Assembly (NCBI GenBank): GCA_963799775.1
Contig: CAWCYD010000002.1
Location: 192,001 to 256,000, forward strand
Length of the DNA: 64,000 nucleotides
Reading direction: 5' to 3'
Source of the DNA: an uncultured archaeon
GTDB taxonomy: Archaea; Thermoproteota; Nitrososphaeria; Nitrososphaerales; Gagatemarchaeaceae
Shown: positions 1 to 9,851 of the stretch, in pieces
Position numbering within the stretch: position 1 is the first letter of the stretch
How the letters are laid out: each line of letters begins with the position of its first letter
Notes under the pieces: generated by a model
What the model was told of the DNA's origin: nothing
Seen by the model: only the letters and a program-made list of their open reading frames with translations
The model's database searches: none
Program-made: the position numbers and the translations under genes

Positions 1-2
1 GG

Positions 3-215
3 AATGCGCCGGAGAACCTTTCGACCAGGCTTTTCGAATCGGTGCAGAGTTTGGCTGGCTTCTTCCAGGTCGCCCTGGAGAGCCTCGGAGGGGTCTCAGC
101 GCTGCTGGCGGCATCCAGCGTCGTAGCGAGCCTGGCAGTCTCCTTCTTCTCGGGTCGGATCGTGTCCGAGAGCCTCCCGGCAAGGAAAGTCTCGAAGGAG
201 GCAAGGTCTGCTTGA
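3..215 (+). CDS. 3' end of a membrane protein (partial, runs off the window edge)
   Basis: Frame open from position 3 to TGA 213-215; hydrophobic stretch VALESLGGVSALLAASSVVASLAVSFF; stop overlaps the next TTG start. Confidence 0.5.
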   Translation, partial: NAPENLSTRLFESVQSLAGFFQVALESLGGVSALLAASSVVASLAVSFFSGRIVSESLPARKVSKEARSA

Positions 216-412
216 GCCACCACCGACAGCGCCAACAGACGCAGCAGAGATGCACCATATGCACGCTGTTCCAGAGCATGGCCCGAGGCCAGTATCGTTC
301 TTCCTATGACAGGGAGATGTATCTCCACCACCTCCAGATTGTCCACGGCGTCCGAATCACCGAGGAGCAAGGAAGGGAGGCCCCGCTCAAAGGAGGCCTC
401 CTCCGAGAATGA
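212..412 (+). CDS. small putative C2H2 zinc-finger protein
   Basis: CTIC...HLQIVH motif; overlaps neighbours at both ends (TTGA, ATGA). Confidence 0.45.
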   Translation: MSHHRQRQQTQQRCTICTLFQSMARGQYRSSYDREMYLHHLQIVHGVRITEEQGREAPLKGGLLRE

Positions 413-1111
413 GCGCCAGGCTCGACGCCCTGCCCTGGGAGATGCCGGGCCGGTCGTTCGACGGCCGCGGGAGCCTTGACCTGGGATGGCGCGAGGCCTT
501 CATCGGCAACGCCACCAAGCACGACCGGAAGCTCGCAGCAGGGCCGAAGTCGGGCCTGACACGCAGGGGTGTCATCTACGAGTACATCAGGGGCCATCCG
601 GGCGCCCACGTGAGGGGTCTCGCAAAAGACCTGCACCTGGCGACGGGGGACCTGCAATACCACCTCCTCTGGCTGGAGAGGCACGGCTTCGTCAAGACGC
701 GGAAGAGCGGCTTCTACAGGTTCGTCTTCCCGACGATGCTCTTCAAGGATGAAGAGGAGCTGGTCCTCGGAGTCCTCGGCCAGGAGACCCCTCGGGAGAT
801 ACTCCTCTGCCTCATCGCCGACGATGGGATGACACAGGGAGAGCTCGCCAAGACCCTTGGACACTCGCAGCCGACCATCGCCTGGCACCTGGACAGGCTG
901 TCCAAGCTGGGGGTGGTGGCGAAGAGGCGGGAGCGCATGGGACTTGCCTACAGCGTCGCCGCCGACAAGGATGTCGCTCCTCAAGTTCGTGAAGAGCTAC
1001 CACCAGGACGTGTGGAGGCGATGGTCCGGCAGGCTCTCAAAGATGGTCGTGAGCGTAGAGGTGAACGCGGCCGAAAAGATGAAGGGTGGCTCGCGCGGTC
1101 TCGCGGGTTGA
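409..1111 (+). CDS. double winged-HTH (ArsR/MarR-like) transcriptional regulator, apparent frameshift near 975
   Basis: Two HTH units (IYEYIRGHPGAH..LQYHL; MTQGELAKTLGHSQPTIAWHL); C-terminus continues in the 857..1111 frame. Confidence 0.75.
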
Positions 1112-1160
1112 TATCCTCTCCGGAATTGGTAGGATCTTGATTGCGAAGCTCTAGCAGAAG

Positions 1161-1523
1161 TTGCCCCTTTCTCCTCCCAAGCAAGAAATAATATCGCTCT
1201 CGGCGAGGGACGCGTTCGTAGCCACGTTGGACTCCTTCGAGCGGCTTCTCTGGTGGCTCTTTGCTGGGAGCGCAGGCGCGCGTACCCGCGCGCTCGTCCT
1301 CTTCAGCATAAGGGACCAGCCGAAGAACGCGCAGCAACTCTCGCAGTCGCTGCACCTGGACTACACCACTGTGAGGCACCACCTGAGGGTCCTCGAGATG
1401 AACAAGGTGATCCTAGCCGAGGGCGACAAGTACGGCAGGGTCTACTTCGTCTCTGAGGTCATGGAGTCTCACTGGGGGACGCTCGAAGGGATCCTGAAAC
1501 GGGCTCACGTAAAGAAGGGATGA
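1161..1523 (+). CDS. ArsR-family winged-HTH regulator
   Basis: LLWWLFAGSAGARTR...NAQQLSQSLHLDYTTVRHHLRVL. Confidence 0.8.
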   Translation: MPLSPPKQEIISLSARDAFVATLDSFERLLWWLFAGSAGARTRALVLFSIRDQPKNAQQLSQSLHLDYTTVRHHLRVLEMNKVILAEGDKYGRVYFVSEVMESHWGTLEGILKRAHVKKG

Positions 1524-1529
1524 CACAAA

Positions 1530-1994
1530 TTGGAAACAAACAACAATAGCGGATACAATCAACCTGCCACCGGACCCAAGTCCGTGGTAGGAAAGCTCTG
1601 GGTAGTGGTGGTGCTGCTGGTGGGTCTGATCGCGGGGATCCTCATCTCGGACCTGGCGACCCTCCCCGAAATAGAGAGGCCTCGATTCTTCCAGCCCGTC
1701 CCCGTCTTCAACCCCGACCCGAGCATCAGGCTCCACATTGTCGTGACGACCATCGAGGTCGCCCTCCTCGTCTCGCTCGTCCTCGTCTACATCAAGGTCT
1801 ACTCCGAGACGCGGGCAAACTTCGCGCTGGGGCTCGTGGTGGTCTTGAGCGCGCTCTTCCTCCAGACCCTCTTCTCCTATCCGCTCCTGTTGGGGACGAG
1901 GGGGGTTATCTTCGTCCCTGGGACGCTGACACTCCTCGCGGACTTCCTCACCTTGGGTGCGTATGCCGTCTTCCTCTACCTGAGCTTGGAGTAG
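1530..1994 (+). CDS. membrane protein
   Basis: Four hydrophobic helices; follows the ArsR gene after 6 bp. Confidence 0.7.
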   Translation: METNNNSGYNQPATGPKSVVGKLWVVVVLLVGLIAGILISDLATLPEIERPRFFQPVPVFNPDPSIRLHIVVTTIEVALLVSLVLVYIKVYSETRANFALGLVVVLSALFLQTLFSYPLLLGTRGVIFVPGTLTLLADFLTLGAYAVFLYLSLE

Positions 1995-2131
1995 GGATCG
2001 CCTCATCTGGACCAACCCCACAGACCGAGGAGGTCACGGACTCTCGGTCGCCTTGCATTCTGGCGGCGGTTGCTGACCTTGCCTGATTCGGGCTAGAGCG
2101 GGGGAACCGCGCACAATCTGAGGAGTGTAGG

Positions 2132-2239
2132 CGCCCTGGGCGGGATATTCGTCGAGATTATCGATTTCGAACCCGCGTCACCGCCGTGACAGGGCGGCAT
2201 ACTGGGCCATTGTACGGATAGCCTCTATACGACCAGGGC
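2132..2239 (-). tRNA. tRNA-Asp(GUC) with two non-canonical introns (15 nt at 15/16; 20 nt at 59/60)
   Basis: Minus strand: GCCCTGG acceptor/CCAGGGC-G, anticodon arm CCGCC-CTGTCAC-GGCGG, T arm GCGGG-TTCGAA[intron]T-CCCGC; both introns have bulge-helix-bulge geometry; mature length 73 nt; TTTAATAT box about 28 bp upstream. Confidence 0.92.
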
Positions 2240-2501
2240 AGCCGAAGCCCCCACAATCTGAGTCGATATTAAACCTACACGCGAATTTCGATGGTCCCTT
2301 TCTTGGCGCCGCGATAGCTGGTGTTACGTCTTTCAAGTGAGAGGTGTTATCCAAGTGCGGCCTTCTTTCCACTTCGCACTCACCCTTACCTTCGACGCAG
2401 TTTGTTATGGGTCTTCCTAAGACGATCCTATCATGGCTCTACTTCCATCCAGCTCCCGAATTTGAAATTCTGATGTTGGACTCCGAGTTCATAAGCAATA
2501 A

Positions 2502-3426
2502 ATGCAAAAACTGCCCCGCGGAGGCCGCGAACAAAAGAAATGCCGTCGGCCGTCGGCCGTTGGAGCGCCTCTCGTGATCGCGGTCGTAGTGGCAATCCTG
2601 GCAATTACATTCTCCGGCAACGACTCGGTAACTTCTTCCTCTTCATCGACGGGATTGGGCTCCTTGAATTATTCTTCTTGCCTGATAGTCATCTACAACG
2701 GAACGATTACGGGTGACTCCACTAACGTCGCATTTCCTAATGGGACTCAGAATGAACCTGCCCATCACATCTTGTCAACGGTTCGTCCATCCGAGCGAGT
2801 ACGCGATGGTCATGACCATCGCACAGAATCCCGCGTTCGTCACCGCGGAAGACGGCTCGCTGTACGCATACGTCGGGACAGGCGGTTTCGGTTACAGCGA
2901 AGTCAACGGAACGGTGACCTGCTCTAGCGTGCTCCCAGATCCATCGGGCAGGGGCTACGTGACACAGGGTTGCTTCGTGACCACCGATGCCTTGTTCGAC
3001 CTGTTCAGCCCCACGGAGACCGTTTCGGGCTGCGGCATCACAGAGCCAAAGAACCTGGGAGAAATAGACGTGGCAATCCCTGTCAATGCGACAGGCGGCC
3101 TCAATCTGTCAAATCTCAGCGTCAGCAAGGTGCCCAGCGACGAACTGAATATCTTCACCTGCACGGTCCAGTCCACCTTCAGCCCCACCGTCTCCCTCAC
3201 CAACTCAACCACCACAATCACGACTGCGCTTAACGTCACCTCAGTCCTCAGCTCAACCAGTCTCCAGGCCGGCCAAGCTAGCGCTCAACCGCAAACCGAT
3301 GGCAGGTCGAACCCAGGGTTTCTTCCGGCTCTGGGGACCATCGTTGTAGCAGCAAGTGTAGTGGCGCTGGCCGTGATCTACTCGTTGCGTTCCCGAAAGC
3401 TTCACAGCTGGCTATTGAGGAGATAG
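2502..3426 (+). CDS. secreted/membrane-anchored Ser/Thr-rich protein (frameshift near 2740)
   Basis: Basic plus hydrophobic N-terminus in ORF 2502, C-terminal TM helix in ORF 2713..3426; the stop TAG is the first 3 nt of the att repeat. Confidence 0.6.
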
Positions 3427-3461
3427 CCCGTCCAGGGGCTGCACCTGTTTAGGGGCTTTTA
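3424..3461 (-). repeat. att-like tRNA(Gln-type) 3'-end copy #1
   Basis: TAGCCCGTCCAGG-ggctgca-cctgtttaggggctttta; reverse complement CCTGGACGGGCTA is a T-stem 3' strand + acceptor 3' strand + discriminator. Confidence 0.85.
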
Positions 3462-3481
3462 GGGGGGAATTTGGCGCCCCT

Positions 3482-3904
3482 TCAGGCCAGCTTGACTGGG
3501 TCGATGGATTCGAGCCAATCGACCTTCTTCAGCGCTTCGTCGTGAGTCATTATCCTCTTCTCGCCAGCGTCGTCCATCATGGCCAAGAGCGTTGCGTCCC
3601 TGCCCCCAATGCCCAAGTGTGAGTACTTCTTCAGCATCTCTATTGCGCCGAGAGCGTGCCCGTAATCAAAGTCCGTTATGACCAGCGGGAATCGAAGGAA
3701 CTCGTCCAACTTCTCTCCGCCTATCGGAGCTCCTAGGCTCTTGACGAGGAAGTGGGCTAATTCCATCACGATTATTGTGTTTATCGCTATCTGCTCTGAC
3801 TTTAGGGCCTTCTCCACAGGCCCGACGACCGATTGATGCTCCGAACAGTCACTGTCAAAGTAGTAGGCCCAGATGTTCGTGTCAATGGTGATTATGGCCG
3901 ACAC
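3482..3904 (-). CDS. vapC: VapC-like PIN-domain toxin
   Basis: IDTNIWAY...E...GRDATL...THD PIN motifs. Confidence 0.85.
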   Translation of the reverse strand: MSAIITIDTNIWAYYFDSDCSEHQSVVGPVEKALKSEQIAINTIIVMELAHFLVKSLGAPIGGEKLDEFLRFPLVITDFDYGHALGAIEMLKKYSHLGIGGRDATLLAMMDDAGEKRIMTHDEALKKVDWLESIDPVKLA

Positions 3905-4133
3905 CCCAGATGTTCTTGAGGTCGACAGGCTTGATCTTCGAGCCGTGCACGCAGCCTCTCAGCTCTGAAATGAATTCGTCCGCACTTACCTCCGGCGAAA
4001 GCAGCAGATCCTTCCCTTTCTTGGATATTCTGAGTTTCTGTTCCGGTCTTAGTTTGAGTTCTGACCTTATCTCGTTCGGAATCACTATCCTTCCTCGCTC
4101 GTCTATGACTGCCTCGCCCATGAAAATTCCCAT
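3882..4133 (-). CDS. AbrB/SpoVT-family antitoxin
   Basis: IDERGRIVIPNEIRSELKL; overlaps vapC. Confidence 0.85.
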   Translation of the reverse strand: MGIFMGEAVIDERGRIVIPNEIRSELKLRPEQKLRISKKGKDLLLSPEVSADEFISELRGCVHGSKIKPVDLKNIWGVGHNHH

Positions 4134-4165
4134 CCCATTTATTTTCCCGCTAGTACATAAACCTG

Positions 4166-4203
4166 TAGCCCGTTTCGGGGCTGCACCTGTTTAGGGGCTT
4201 TTA
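4166..4203 (-). repeat. att-like tRNA(Gln-type) 3'-end copy #2 (degenerate core)
   Basis: TAGCCCGTttcGG-ggctgca-cctgtttaggggctttta; spacer and arm identical to copy #1. Confidence 0.8.
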
Positions 4204-4265
4204 CGCGGGAATCTTGCAGTCTTCGGCCGATGGCGTGCCCGGCAGGACTCGGGCTACGGTATTTT

Positions 4266-4340
4266 GAAATAACTAGTTCCAAAATGGAAATAACTAGTTC
4301 ACAAATTCCTTTGACAGCGGACTCCGTGCCCGAATATCAT
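4266..4340 (+). promoter_or_regulatory. tandem operator (GAAATAACTAGTTC x2) and sigma70-like promoter upstream of the SDR gene
   Basis: 14-bp direct repeats at 4266 and 4287, each containing the palindrome AACTAGTT; TTGACA (4311)-N18-TATCAT (4335). Confidence 0.5.
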
Positions 4341-4382
4341 ACTAAACAGTTAATAATCATGCAAAGCAACCCTAACCTCGCA

Positions 4383-5141
4383 ATGACAACTCACATGGAA
4401 CGGTACCAAGGCAAGAAAGTGGTGATCACCGGCGGCACCAGCGGCAGCGGGCTCGCCACGGCAAAGATGCTCCTCGACGAGGGTGCGCGTGTTCTGGTGA
4501 CGGGGCGGTCGCACGCTGGCCTGGAATCGGCGCAGAAAGAGATTGGAAAGGACGCCCTCGTGGTTTCTAGCGACGCGCGCTCATTGACGGACATCGACGC
4601 CCTCGCTTCTCGGGTGAAGGCCGAGTTCGGCACCTTCGACCTGCTCTTCGCCAACGCCGGATTTGCCCTCTTTGCCCCTCTCGAAAACACGACCGAGGCC
4701 ATGTACGACGAGATGTTCGATCTGAACGCCAAAGGACCGTTTTTCGCGGTGCAGAAGCTCGCGCCGCTAATCAACCGGGGGGGCGCTGTCGTCCTCACGA
4801 CCTCCGTCGCAAACGTCAAGGGAAGTCCCAACCAAGCGCCCTACGCAGCGTCCAAGGCCGCGCTGCGCTCATTTGCTCGCGTGCTCGCCGCTGAGCTTCT
4901 GCCCCGGGAGATTCGCGTCAATGCGGTAACGCCCGGTCCCATCGACACGCCGATCATCGGCAAAGTGTTTCCCGAGAAAGGCGCGGCCGCCCATGTCAGG
5001 GAGCGGACGATCAGTACTAATCCGATGAAGCGCTTTGGGATGCCGGAGGAAATTGCGAAGGCCGTCCTCTTCCTCGCATTCGACGCGACCTTCACCACCG
5101 GTGCCGAACTTCCGGTCGATGGCGGTTGGTCGCAACTCTGA
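4383..5141 (+). CDS. short-chain dehydrogenase/reductase
   Basis: TGGTSGSG, NAG, YAASK and VDGG motifs. Confidence 0.9.
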   Translation: MTTHMERYQGKKVVITGGTSGSGLATAKMLLDEGARVLVTGRSHAGLESAQKEIGKDALVVSSDARSLTDIDALASRVKAEFGTFDLLFANAGFALFAPLENTTEAMYDEMFDLNAKGPFFAVQKLAPLINRGGAVVLTTSVANVKGSPNQAPYAASKAALRSFARVLAAELLPREIRVNAVTPGPIDTPIIGKVFPEKGAAAHVRERTISTNPMKRFGMPEEIAKAVLFLAFDATFTTGAELPVDGGWSQL

Positions 5142-5415
5142 AAGCAGTACGCGAAATGCATCGAAACTTAATGTAATGAGCCAAGTGCGTTGACGGGCAC
5201 CGGTGAGTCACCCCTCAACGAACTCGGCAATCTTGTAGGTCTTCGGGCGCTTTGCGCCGTCCGATGACGGGTGCGATCGAATGTTCCATGGAGTCTCCGT
5301 GGCGAACAGTGAAGGTCGAGTCGTGAGGCCCCGCGAGGCCAGGGTCGGCTTGCTAATTACGGACCATTCGGTTATATATTGGTGCGATGGCAATTGTCCA
5401 AGAGTTTTAAATTAA

Positions 5416-6048
5416 ATGTCTCAAAATGACGCCAGGCCGCGTGGGCGGCCGCGCAGCTTCGACGAGAGGTTCGCGCTGGAAAAGGCGACCCAGGTATTCT
5501 GGTCGAAGGGCTACGATGGAGTGACGATCGACGATCTCGTCGCCGGGATGGGCGTGGGACGGCCGAGCCTGTATTCCGTCTTCGGAGACAAGCGGACGTT
5601 GTTCTTGCGCGTCCTTCGGGCGTACGCAGAGACGAAAGGCGCCCTCGCTGCGAAGGCACTGCTCTCGCCGCGCACTCTTCGCGACTCGCTCGCCGCCTTC
5701 CTGAGGCAGGCTGTAGAATATGCGACCCAGGAAGGATCCGCTCGGGGATGTCTTCTAGAGTGCGTCGCGCCGCTTGTGAACGATGCTGAGGTCCGGCAGT
5801 TCCTACAGAACGCGGCCGCTCACGCCGTAGGACTAGTGGAAGGTCGTTTCCGGGACGCGGTCAGCGCGGGCGAAATCCCGTCCGACTTTCCGGTGGCCAT
5901 CCGCGCAACCCAGCTCGTTGATTTTGCTCGTGGCCTTACCATGCGTGCGCTGATAGGCACGCCGCGCAAGACGCTTCTCAGGGATGCCGAGGAAGCGGCC
6001 GACTTGGTGCTCCTGCCGCGGCGGGGAAATGCGGCGCCAGAACGTTGA
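5416..6048 (+). CDS. TetR/AcrR-family regulator
   Basis: RGRPRSFD...FWSKGYDGVTIDDL...RPSLYSVFGDK. Confidence 0.9.
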   Translation: MSQNDARPRGRPRSFDERFALEKATQVFWSKGYDGVTIDDLVAGMGVGRPSLYSVFGDKRTLFLRVLRAYAETKGALAAKALLSPRTLRDSLAAFLRQAVEYATQEGSARGCLLECVAPLVNDAEVRQFLQNAAAHAVGLVEGRFRDAVSAGEIPSDFPVAIRATQLVDFARGLTMRALIGTPRKTLLRDAEEAADLVLLPRRGNAAPER

Positions 6049-6375
6049 TGCCGGCTGGGTGGCTATCGCTCGCAGGGTGGGAGGCCCCTTCAGCCGCAAC
6101 GTATTATTATGCAGACACTACGCGGGCACCAACCGCCGCCGCGGACGGCCCACCTCTTTCGCAGTGCAGGTCCACCCGGACGGACGTGGTGGCGGCGCAA
6201 GTTTGTGATCCAGGTCCGCGGAACAACGCCCAGTAGCTGGCTCGCGGGGTCCGCCCTCGACGGCGCTGCGTGCGCGTCGTCCAAACAGCCGAATCGTGAT
6301 GTGGTCGGAATTAAAGCTTTTTACGAAGCATTAGCTTAAATCGTGGCGTATTAGGCAAACAGAGGCTAAAATAGG

Positions 6376-6416
6376 TAGCCCGTCCAGGATTCCAAGCCTG
6401 TAGTTCGATTTGTCCC
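6376..6416 (-). repeat. att-like tRNA(Gln-type) 3'-end copy #3
   Basis: TAGCCCGTCCAGG-attccaag-cctgtagttcgatttgtccc. Confidence 0.85.
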
Positions 6417-6427
6417 GGGTCTGTTTG

Positions 6428-6886
6428 CTAGCCGTCGCCGATTAAGCGGGAAACCTCCTTCTGAAATCTTTCGAGGAGGCTGTTCAGAGTCAGTAGTTCG
6501 TCCCTTGTAAACGTCACAAAAGCTTTCCCAACCATGTCTGCTTTCTTTATCGCGACCCTCTGGTACAGGGCCCTGCCCTCGGAGGTGATTTCGATGATGG
6601 TCGCTCTTCTGTCTCCCATGCCGGGCATCCTCCTGACCAGGCTCTTCTCCTCGAGCCTGTCCATTATGCCCGTGACATTGGCAGGAGTGACCAGCATCTC
6701 ATCGCTCATCTTCCTCATTAGCATGGGTCCGTTCCTTACGAGCAGGGAGAGCGCCAGGAACTGAGAATCCGATATCCCTTCGTGGGCGAACAATTTCAGG
6801 CCAGCGTGCCTCATCGCCTTGGATGTCGCTATGATGGCGTTGTAAGCCTCCTGATCTACTTCGGCTGTTCTCGCTCGCGCCGGCAT
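6428..6886 (-). CDS. MarR-family regulator (copy A)
   Basis: SQFLAL...PANVTGIMDRLEEKSLVRR...DRRA. Confidence 0.9.
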   Translation of the reverse strand: MPARARTAEVDQEAYNAIIATSKAMRHAGLKLFAHEGISDSQFLALSLLVRNGPMLMRKMSDEMLVTPANVTGIMDRLEEKSLVRRMPGMGDRRATIIEITSEGRALYQRVAIKKADMVGKAFVTFTRDELLTLNSLLERFQKEVSRLIGDG

Positions 6887-7001
6887 GGTCTGCCCGGCGC
6901 TTGTTTTAGATATAAATAGTTAGGCTATCGCTGGTTAAGACATATACGGTTGTAGTACCGATAGTCAAGACATAAATAGTTAAGGCCTTAACGGTTCTGC
7001 C

Positions 7002-7987
7002 ATGGAGAACCAGCACAAAGACGAGATGCGTGCCGTAGCGATAGACAGTTTCGGCGGTCCTGAGGCTCTTTCGGTTAGAAACGTCCCCGTGCCGGAAGTC
7101 GGGCCAAATCAAATCCTTGTCCAGGTCGAATCCGCAGGAATAGGTGTGTGGGATGTTGCAGAACGAGAGGGAATGCTTGTGAGAATGCTCGGAATCCAGC
7201 CCAAGTTCCCATGGGTGCTTGGCTCGGAGGGTGCGGGCAAGGTCGTAGCGGTCGGGGAGAAGGTCACCGGGTTCAGGAAGGGAGACCTGGTTTACGGCCA
7301 TGTGTGGGGGACAAATCCAAAGGCAGGATTCTACGCTGAATATACGGCCCTAAACGCGGACCAGGCGTGTCCGATTCCTTCCACGATACCAATCGAACAG
7401 GCAGGGGCCCTGCTCATCGATGGAGGAACCGCGCTGCGAGGGCTTGGTGACAATCTGGCCCTGAAGCAAGACGAAAAGCTGATGGTCTTTGGTGCGAGCG
7501 GAGGAATGGGGCATTTGGCAATCCAACTTGGCAAGCGACTCGGGGCTCGAGTGTTTGCCATAGCCTCGGGTGAAGACGGTGTAGCTCTCGCCCGACGGTT
7601 GGGAGCTGATGTTGCAGTAGACGGGCATAATGGGAAAACATAGAGGCTTCAGCCCGCGAGTTTGCCCCGAATGGTTTCGATGCGGCCTTGGTTACAGTTG
7701 GTGGCGAAGCCCCTGAAAAGGCGCTCACCGCTATGCGTGAAGGAGGACGGGTCGCATATCCCTGGGTCAATCAGCGTCCTGCTCCAAAGGCGCCGTCGAC
7801 CGTTCGCCTATTTGGCTACAATGGGAACCCAGATCGAGCGTTGGTGATCAAGCTCAACAAACTAATCGAGTCCGGCGCGTTCGAGGTGCATCTTGGCGGG
7901 ACCTTCACGCTTGATCAGGCAGTCGATGCCTACCATGCAGTAGGCTCACACCATCTGGGCAGGTTAGCTCTGCTCCCAACAAGATAG
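7002..7987 (+). CDS. NADPH:quinone oxidoreductase, MDR superfamily (copy A; frameshift near 7635)
   Basis: FGGPEAL, GSEGAG, GASGGMG; C-terminus in ORF 7688..7987; paralog of 16163..17182. Confidence 0.85.
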
Positions 7988-8049
7988 TCAAGCGACAATC
8001 AATCATATCAGGATTCTCGGGCTGAGCATTCAGGGCTATTGAATTGGAA

Positions 8050-8074
8050 TAGCCCGTCCAGGATTCGTACCTAG
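8050..8074 (-). repeat. att-like tRNA(Gln-type) 3'-end copy #4
   Basis: TAGCCCGTCCAGG-attcgta-cctag. Confidence 0.85.
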
Positions 8075-8528
8075 AAACTCTCGGGGAGTGCTGCTTCGAC
8101 GCTGCGAGAAACTGGTCACTCTACGACCAAGGCTACCGAACCACCACAATCTTGGTCGATGTTGAAAGCTAAACGGCACATTGCGACCCGAATCCTCCTT
8201 AGGATGGAATCGGATAGAACATTCTCTCCAACCTGTTAAGAGCATCCGGGCGCAGCATTTCCTTGCCAAAGGGGAGAATGAGGGAGAATGCGAATCCAGC
8301 AGTCGGTCACAACTCCTTGCGCCATGTGCTTGCTCATATCGCAGTTGAATGAGGTCTCCGAGAGTGACAAACAGGTTTACCAGCGTCACCTTTGGAGAGA
8401 GCACGGGATCCAGCCGTATTTCATTCCGAGGTAGCCGACCAAGACTCGGCCGGCAAAGGCTGGCACAGGTGCCTACGACAGGCCAGGCTTGCTACTAGTC
8501 GTGGAGGCTTTGCCCCGATGAGTCGTTC

Positions 8529-8972
8529 CTACTTGGGGATAGCCATCGACTGCCAGACGCGATACACCTTGTCCGCTACGTCCACGTTGGGCGTGACTCG
8601 GACCTTTAGATTCTCGGACTCGAGGTCAATCCTGACTTCGCTGAAAGCGCCCCTGTAGATCGAGTACCTCTTTCCGATCGGAGTCAGCACTATCCTCTCC
8701 ACCACGACGACCCCTTGGTCGACGAGCTCGTGGACCCTCCTGTAGGCGGTGCTTATTGGGATGTGGTTCTCTGAGCTTATCGCCTCTATGGTCTTCCCCT
8801 CCAGTATTGTCGAGGTCATGATCTTCCGGGAGAACTTGTCGGACATCGCCTCTAGGATGGCTTGAGCCACCTCGGGAATCGCTACGTCTCGGCACTCCAG
8901 AATGTGTTGCTGCCGTTGCTCCAGCGCGTACCTTCGCATCGCTGTCGGCTCCGCCACCGTTGCTGCTTGCAT
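8529..8972 (-). CDS. winged-HTH (ArsR-like) regulator
   Basis: ILEAMSDKFSRKI...IPISTAYRRVHEL. Confidence 0.8.
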   Translation of the reverse strand: MQAATVAEPTAMRRYALEQRQQHILECRDVAIPEVAQAILEAMSDKFSRKIMTSTILEGKTIEAISSENHIPISTAYRRVHELVDQGVVVVERIVLTPIGKRYSIYRGAFSEVRIDLESENLKVRVTPNVDVADKVYRVWQSMAIPK

Positions 8973-9076
8973 GGCAATGCATGGGTTGCGAGAGGGTATC
9001 TCGATTAGCCCTAGCCGGCTAGGGATGGGCGACGCAGACGGACATATCGCCCCTCATAGGTCTCCACAGGCGGAGC

Positions 9077-9739
9077 CTACGAGCCGCTTCCTGCCTGGGA
9101 AGCGGCCTGGGATTCGAGGAAGCTTCCGAGGATCTTCTTCTCCGCCCTCCTGAGGATCTCGTTCAAGGTGCTCGACCTTATGCCGAGCTTTGCGGCGAGC
9201 TCATCCTGAGTGATGCGCCTGGGGAAGTCGTAGAGGCCCAGCTCCATCGCGGACTTTAGCACACTGAACTGCCGGGTCGTCAGGTTGATGTCTTCGGTGA
9301 CTTGGGATATCTCGGTCACCTTGTAGCCGATCCCGCCGCTCGAGAGCCTGTTGAGCAGGGCGGGGACTCCATCGATGTTCAGGAACAGCTTGTAGCCAAC
9401 CAAGCAATCCTCCGAGGTCGCCGCGGAGGAGATGAAGGACGCGAGGTTCGACTCTATCAGGGACTTGCACACCCTGCATCCGCTGCTCATCACGACGCCC
9501 ATGAGATGCCCCCTCGCCAGCTCGGTCAACTCCACGCTCTTTACGTCGCTAGAGTTGCTCAGCCATTTCCTGGCCTGCTCGACGGAGTCCTCGTTCTTTA
9601 TGGAGATGTCAACGAAGTGGGCGATTTGATGGCCCCTGTCCAGCGATTTCAATCCAAGGATCTTGACATGGGCTGAGAACTCCTCGCACAGCCCCGTGGT
9701 CCACCGGTCCGAGCCGGCGACGAAGCGGAGCTGCATCAT
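9077..9739 (-). CDS. bacterio-opsin-activator-type C-terminal HTH regulator
   Basis: LTTRQ..VLKSAMELGLYDFPRRITQDELAAKLGI..STLNEILRRAEKK. Confidence 0.85.
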   Translation of the reverse strand: MMQLRFVAGSDRWTTGLCEEFSAHVKILGLKSLDRGHQIAHFVDISIKNEDSVEQARKWLSNSSDVKSVELTELARGHLMGVVMSSGCRVCKSLIESNLASFISSAATSEDCLVGYKLFLNIDGVPALLNRLSSGGIGYKVTEISQVTEDINLTTRQFSVLKSAMELGLYDFPRRITQDELAAKLGIRSSTLNEILRRAEKKILGSFLESQAASQAGSGS

Positions 9740-9851
9740 CCAACCCCTTCGCCGCGATTCGGAATATATTAGGAATTCTCACGACTTTCGGGGTTCGTTC
9801 GTGTAATCCCAAACAAGGCATAACTACCTCCGGTGGTCTACTCATGTTCGG

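Noticed and set aside
8432-8448. tagccgaccaagactcg as a decayed Gln-type att
   Set aside because: It needs a gap plus several mismatches and has no arm; not supportable by eye.
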